DNA of 64,000 nucleotides from Bacteroidota bacterium (GTDB lineage Bacteria; Bacteroidota; Bacteroidia; CAILMK01): NCBI GenBank assembly GCA_036846145.1, contig DAIUCM010000004.1, positions 1,846 to 65,845 of the forward strand, read 5' to 3'. Shown piece by piece: positions 60,297 to 64,000 of this stretch (position 1 is its first letter; each line of letters starts with the position of its first letter). The notes under the pieces were generated by a model. It saw only the letters and a program-made list of their open reading frames with translations, ran no database searches and was not told where the DNA came from. The position numbers and the translations under genes were made by a program.

Positions 60297-60683
60297 ATGA
60301 AAAAACTTTTACTTACTTTTATTTTATTCACCGGTTTAAGCGCATTAGCGTTTAGCCAAAGCAATGCAGGTGAGCTGCTGGCTATGAACAATAGCGGCGG
60401 GCGAACTGAATTTACCGAGGAAACTGCCTTTGGTGGCGGCCAGCCGGAAGTTGGCGTTGTTTTTTACCCGAACCCGGTAAAAGATTTTATGACAGTGCGT
60501 TTCCCGCAGCGCGGAAACCATTCCGTACGTATTTATAACATTATTGGTGAGAGCATTACACAGAAATCGGCTTTTGATGTTGATATTCTCGAGATCAATC
60601 TTTCCGACCTGCCAAAAGGTATGTACTTTGTAAGCTACGAACTTGGAGGAAAAATTATTACCAAGCGTTTCTCTAAAACATAA
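60297..60683 (+). CDS. Small secreted protein with a T9SS C-terminal sorting domain
   Basis: A signal peptide plus VFYPNPVKDFMTVRF...KGMYFVSYE. Confidence 0.7.
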   Translation: MKKLLLTFILFTGLSALAFSQSNAGELLAMNNSGGRTEFTEETAFGGGQPEVGVVFYPNPVKDFMTVRFPQRGNHSVRIYNIIGESITQKSAFDVDILEINLSDLPKGMYFVSYELGGKIITKRFSKT

Positions 60684-60700
60684 ATTTAATTTAACAGTAT

Positions 60701-60740
60701 AAAAAAACCCGGTAACGAAAATCATTATCGGGTTTTTTAT
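60701..60740. terminator. Bidirectional terminator
   Basis: The stem aacccggtaa / ttatcgggtt has A7 and T6 flanks. Confidence 0.7.
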
Positions 60741-60769
60741 TGCATATATAGCTATACGAAAAAATACTT

Positions 60770-61372
60770 TTACCTTTCAATCTCGTTCTTTATTTCTTCC
60801 GCATCGGGCTTTACTTTAGAATAATAAACAGCCACAAGCCCGCCGTTTTCATCAACCAGGTATTTCTGGAAATTCCATTTCACTTCACTGTCAAACTTCC
60901 CATTAAGCTCTTTCTTTGTAAGCCATTGGTACAGCGCAGGCGTTTCTTCACCTTTAACAGTTATTTTTTCAGATACCGGGAAAGTTACGCCATAGTTCTT
61001 CTTGCAGAAGCTTGCAATTTCCTCGTTAGTTCCAGGCTCCTGCCCGCCAAAATCGTTGGTAGGGAAAGCTACAATTTCTATTTTATTCCTATACTGCTGG
61101 TAAACATCTTCGAGCTGCTCATACTGAGGCGTGTACCCGCACTCGCTGGCTGTATTTACAATCAGTATTTTTTTACCTTTATAATCGGAGAACTTTACTT
61201 CTTTACCATCCAGCGTGCGGAAAGAATAATCGTAAACTGTATTTGTCATTTTCTGTTCGTTGGTGTTTTTTGCTGTGTTATCGCTTTGGCTTTTTTGCGT
61301 ATCTGCATTTGTGCATGAAACAAAAATGGCGACAGACAATGCCAGCGCAGTATGGTAAATTTTTCTCTGCAT
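60770..61372 (-). CDS. Glutathione peroxidase
   Basis: NTASECGYT is the GPx active-site motif. Confidence 0.9.
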   Translation of the reverse strand: MQRKIYHTALALSVAIFVSCTNADTQKSQSDNTAKNTNEQKMTNTVYDYSFRTLDGKEVKFSDYKGKKILIVNTASECGYTPQYEQLEDVYQQYRNKIEIVAFPTNDFGGQEPGTNEEIASFCKKNYGVTFPVSEKITVKGEETPALYQWLTKKELNGKFDSEVKWNFQKYLVDENGGLVAVYYSKVKPDAEEIKNEIER

Positions 61373-61432
61373 ATAGAAATATTTGTGTAGTAGATAATTA
61401 AAAAATCTTCGACAAAACTAAACACAAATAGA

Positions 61433-62281
61433 TTAAAACCGCTCAATATGCGCTTTTACTTCTTCCATAAGCCAAAGCGGTGTGGAAGTAGCGCCGCAAA
61501 TACCCACAGTATCATTTTCTGCGAACCATGCCGCATCTATTTCATCGGTGGATGATACAAAGTAACTGTTTGGATTATATTCCTTACATACATTATATAA
61601 TACCTTGCCGTTGCTCGATTTTTTGCCGGAAACAAAAATTATCTTATCGAAATTTTTAACATAATTTCTAAGTTCAAGATCTCTGTTGCTAACCTGCCTG
61701 CAAAGCGTATCGTTAAAATTCACTTCAATACCGCGCGCCTGCAAAGTATCGCGAATGCCATAGAGCTTGCGCATATCCTTAGTGGTCTGGCTAAAAAGGG
61801 TTATTTTGGATGGAAGCTCCACATTATCAAGCTCGGCGATATCTTCAAACACAACTGCCTGGCCAAGTGTTTGCCCAACAAGGCCTTTTACTTCGGCGTG
61901 GCCGTGTTTACCATATATATATATAGGTGCTTTGTCATCATCAAAACTTTCGCGTACCCTGTGCTGTAATTTTAATACTACCGGGCAAGATGCATCAATA
62001 AGCTCAATGTTATTTTCCAATGCGAGTTTGTACGTTTCAGGCGGTTCGCCATGCGCACGAATCAAAACGCGTACATCATGCATTTCTTTTAAATCATCAT
62101 GCGAAATGGTTCTGAGGCCTTTTTTGGTCAGGCGGGCAACTTCTTCATCGTTGTGCACAATATCGCCAAGGCAATACAGTTCGCCATACTCATCAAGAAA
62201 ATCTTCTGCCATTTGTATAGCGTAAACCACACCAAAGCAAAAACCACTGTTATCGTCAATTGAAACTTTTAAGTTTAGCAT
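61433..62281 (-). CDS. ispH: 4-hydroxy-3-methylbut-2-enyl diphosphate reductase
   Basis: A 282-aa ORF starting GFCFGVVYAIQ, which is LytB-like. Confidence 0.9.
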   Translation of the reverse strand: MLNLKVSIDDNSGFCFGVVYAIQMAEDFLDEYGELYCLGDIVHNDEEVARLTKKGLRTISHDDLKEMHDVRVLIRAHGEPPETYKLALENNIELIDASCPVVLKLQHRVRESFDDDKAPIYIYGKHGHAEVKGLVGQTLGQAVVFEDIAELDNVELPSKITLFSQTTKDMRKLYGIRDTLQARGIEVNFNDTLCRQVSNRDLELRNYVKNFDKIIFVSGKKSSNGKVLYNVCKEYNPNSYFVSSTDEIDAAWFAENDTVGICGATSTPLWLMEEVKAHIERF

Positions 62282-62388
62282 GTGCTGTTATTTATGCTGT
62301 AAAGTTACAGCTATTTCAGGGTTAGCGTACAAACAGTATTCCGTAAACAGTAATTCCATTTAAAATTGCTTAAAGCTTCCGTTAAAAT

Positions 62389-63051
62389 TCACCTGCTTTT
62401 CATTTCATGGAAAAAGTTGATATATACAGGTTTTAACATGGCCTCAGCGGCGCTAATTACCTGTGGAAAACTATCATACAGCAAAGCATTGGGGAAGGGC
62501 AGCTGGTTTGCACGTTGCAAGGTTCGGTTCAGCGAGTAAAATAAGCTTTCTGTTTCGAGGTAAGCATAAAGATATTCGTGCTTTCGGAAATTTTCGAGAA
62601 AGGCAAAGAACCTATCGGCGGCCGGGCCTGCATGCATGAAAAAAGGTTTCAGCAAATCGTCTTCCACCATATATACATCACTGTAAAAATGCTTTGGCTG
62701 CTCAGGATTTTCGTGCATAATTATGCGGTCCAGCATAAATTCGAGAAAAATATGCGCCGCAAAAAACAGTTTGGTTCCGGCTTGTGAAAAACCGTTCTCT
62801 TCAAACAGCCGCCTTATTTGCGAAGTGCTTTGGGTAAAAAACGCCGAAGAGTGAAAATACGAATCGGCCAGGTGATGTTTCCTGATACCCTCGATCAGCT
62901 GTTCATACTCCGGCCGCGGAAAATCATTAGGATTGAAGTTTGTTTTCCACCCGCGTAAAGCCGCACCCATCATATCTGGCAACACCAGCCCGAAGTTATG
63001 ATATGGACTACCATTTTGCGCATCCAGGAAATAATGGGAAATATAATTCAC
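62389..63051 (-). CDS. Acyl carrier protein phosphodiesterase (AcpH)-like
   Basis: The N-terminus (M)NYISHYFL and the overall length are AcpH-like. I take a GTG start at 63051. Confidence 0.6.
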   Translation of the reverse strand: MNYISHYFLDAQNGSPYHNFGLVLPDMMGAALRGWKTNFNPNDFPRPEYEQLIEGIRKHHLADSYFHSSAFFTQSTSQIRRLFEENGFSQAGTKLFFAAHIFLEFMLDRIIMHENPEQPKHFYSDVYMVEDDLLKPFFMHAGPAADRFFAFLENFRKHEYLYAYLETESLFYSLNRTLQRANQLPFPNALLYDSFPQVISAAEAMLKPVYINFFHEMKSR

Positions 63052-63158
63052 TTTATAATAAAACAACAAATGGCTGCCTTGTTTTGGCAACCATTTATTT
63101 GTAAGGTTATATAGGGTTTACGGAAAAAGTATCAGAACTTTCATGCATATCATTCAAT

Positions 63159-63495
63159 TCTCGTTTTTGCCCTTCGTTGCCGGGCTGGCAACTTCTTTTG
63201 GCTTGAACCAACCCCGAAGGGCTCACGAATACAATTAAAAATAATTAGATTTATAAGTAAAAGAAGCAAAAGTTCAAGGCTGTAAATTATAAGGCTAAAA
63301 ACAGCTTTAAAGCATATTTCACCCGCAACCCGAACCGCCAGTCCTTTCATCTTTCGTTGATAAATAGCGTTGGCTCTGCGGGTTGCTCCGTAAATTAACT
63401 CAATAATTATTCGGGCTCAACGCATTTTCCACTAACATCATATATGCTTTAAACCTATTTTCTTAACGCTTATAATTTAAGGCCATCCAAACCCA
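63159..63495. repeat. Mosaic intergenic element, copy B, upstream of AcpH
   Basis: See 2061-2290. Confidence 0.7.
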
Positions 63496-63636
63496 TTGAA
63501 CCTGATTCTTTATAATGCAAGGCTTTTAATTAACTACTCAAAAAAATAGCATGCTTTTTTTGTAAAAAATTCTTGAATACAAACCTGTAAATAAGATAAA
63601 TAACACTTTTCAGTAAGCCCTTTATATGTAAAAAGG

Positions 63637-63960
63637 TTATAAATCTCTGAAGGTTGTTCTGTAGCTATCGTTCCTAGGCTTAAGGTTACCAAATATTATA
63701 CGTAAAAAATCTACAATGGCCCAAACAAAAGAAATAAAAGCCGTAACCATTAAAACAGTAAGCAGCAGTTGTAATGCGCCCTGCCAGTAGTAACCCAGGT
63801 AAAAGCGGTGCAGGCCCAGCATGCCCGGCAATACAGGTATAGCTAAAATGCTTGCCAGCAACTGGTTATTCATCATGTGGTTGCCATCGTTAGTTTTTGC
63901 GCCCTTTGCCTTTTTAATATCTTTAATATCGCGCTTGATGTTATTCTTCGCCTCGCGCAT
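63637..63960 (-). CDS. TM2-domain protein
   Basis: GMLGLHRFYLGYYWQG is the TM2 motif. The true start may be the internal MMNNQ at about 63876. Confidence 0.7.
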   Translation of the reverse strand: MREAKNNIKRDIKDIKKAKGAKTNDGNHMMNNQLLASILAIPVLPGMLGLHRFYLGYYWQGALQLLLTVLMVTAFISFVWAIVDFLRIIFGNLKPRNDSYRTTFRDL

Positions 63961-64000
63961 CTCTTTAGCTGGTATGCCCAGGGCTTTGTTGCTGTACCTG

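Noticed and set aside
1-64000. The whole window as a mobile island bounded by the similar mosaic elements near both ends (2061-2290 and 63159-63495).
   Set aside because: The intervening 61 kb is dominated by core housekeeping genes (alaS, gatB, ffh, rpoD, tpiA, gpmI, ispH) with uniform composition. The end elements are better explained as members of a dispersed repeat or leader family.

Overview
This 64 kb window looks like a chromosomal segment from a member of Bacteroidota, probably a Sphingobacteriia-type genome. That call rests on GC near 40%, two proteins with T9SS C-terminal sorting domains, a 287-aa primary sigma factor, and the absence of Shine-Dalgarno-like leaders. I support about 55 protein-coding genes. 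Most are housekeeping: rpmE, tpiA, prmA, plsY, rpoD, alaS, gatB, ffh, gpmI, nadC, ispH, mpl, an RluA-family pseudouridine synthase, glutathione peroxidase and a cyclophilin. The rest are Bacteroidota-typical lipoproteins, secreted proteins and membrane proteins. I found no rRNA, tRNA or CRISPR array. The most unusual content is non-coding. (1) A dyad-symmetric element, CATATAT-N9-AAAAAATGCTTTA...TAAAGCATTTTTT-N9-ATATATG, occurs in full or half form at 25 or more intergenic sites. (2) At least three further dispersed repeat families exist: a roughly 100-nt element in two copies with one compensatory base-pair change, a mosaic 250-350 bp element upstream of two lipid-metabolism genes, and short shared modules. 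(3) 7-16 bp tandem repeats abut or enter housekeeping genes, including the alaS stop codon and the tpiA start codon. (4) Several long perfect palindromes or hairpins lie in ORF-free gaps of 0.5-0.9 kb. Among the genes, the notable ones are an AT-rich islet of about 1.5 kb carrying a frameshifted Fic gene flanked by roughly 70-bp direct repeats; an 898-aa protein with two tandem D-Ala-D-Ala-ligase-like modules next to a PASTA protein; a processive GT2 plus NodB-type deacetylase operon; a standalone Mrr type IV restriction gene in an AT-rich patch; and a 1470-aa secreted protein of unknown function. No family or domain name given below comes from a database search; protein names rest on motifs I recognise from memory and on composition, and any Pfam-style labels (DUFs, COGs) are recalled, not looked up.
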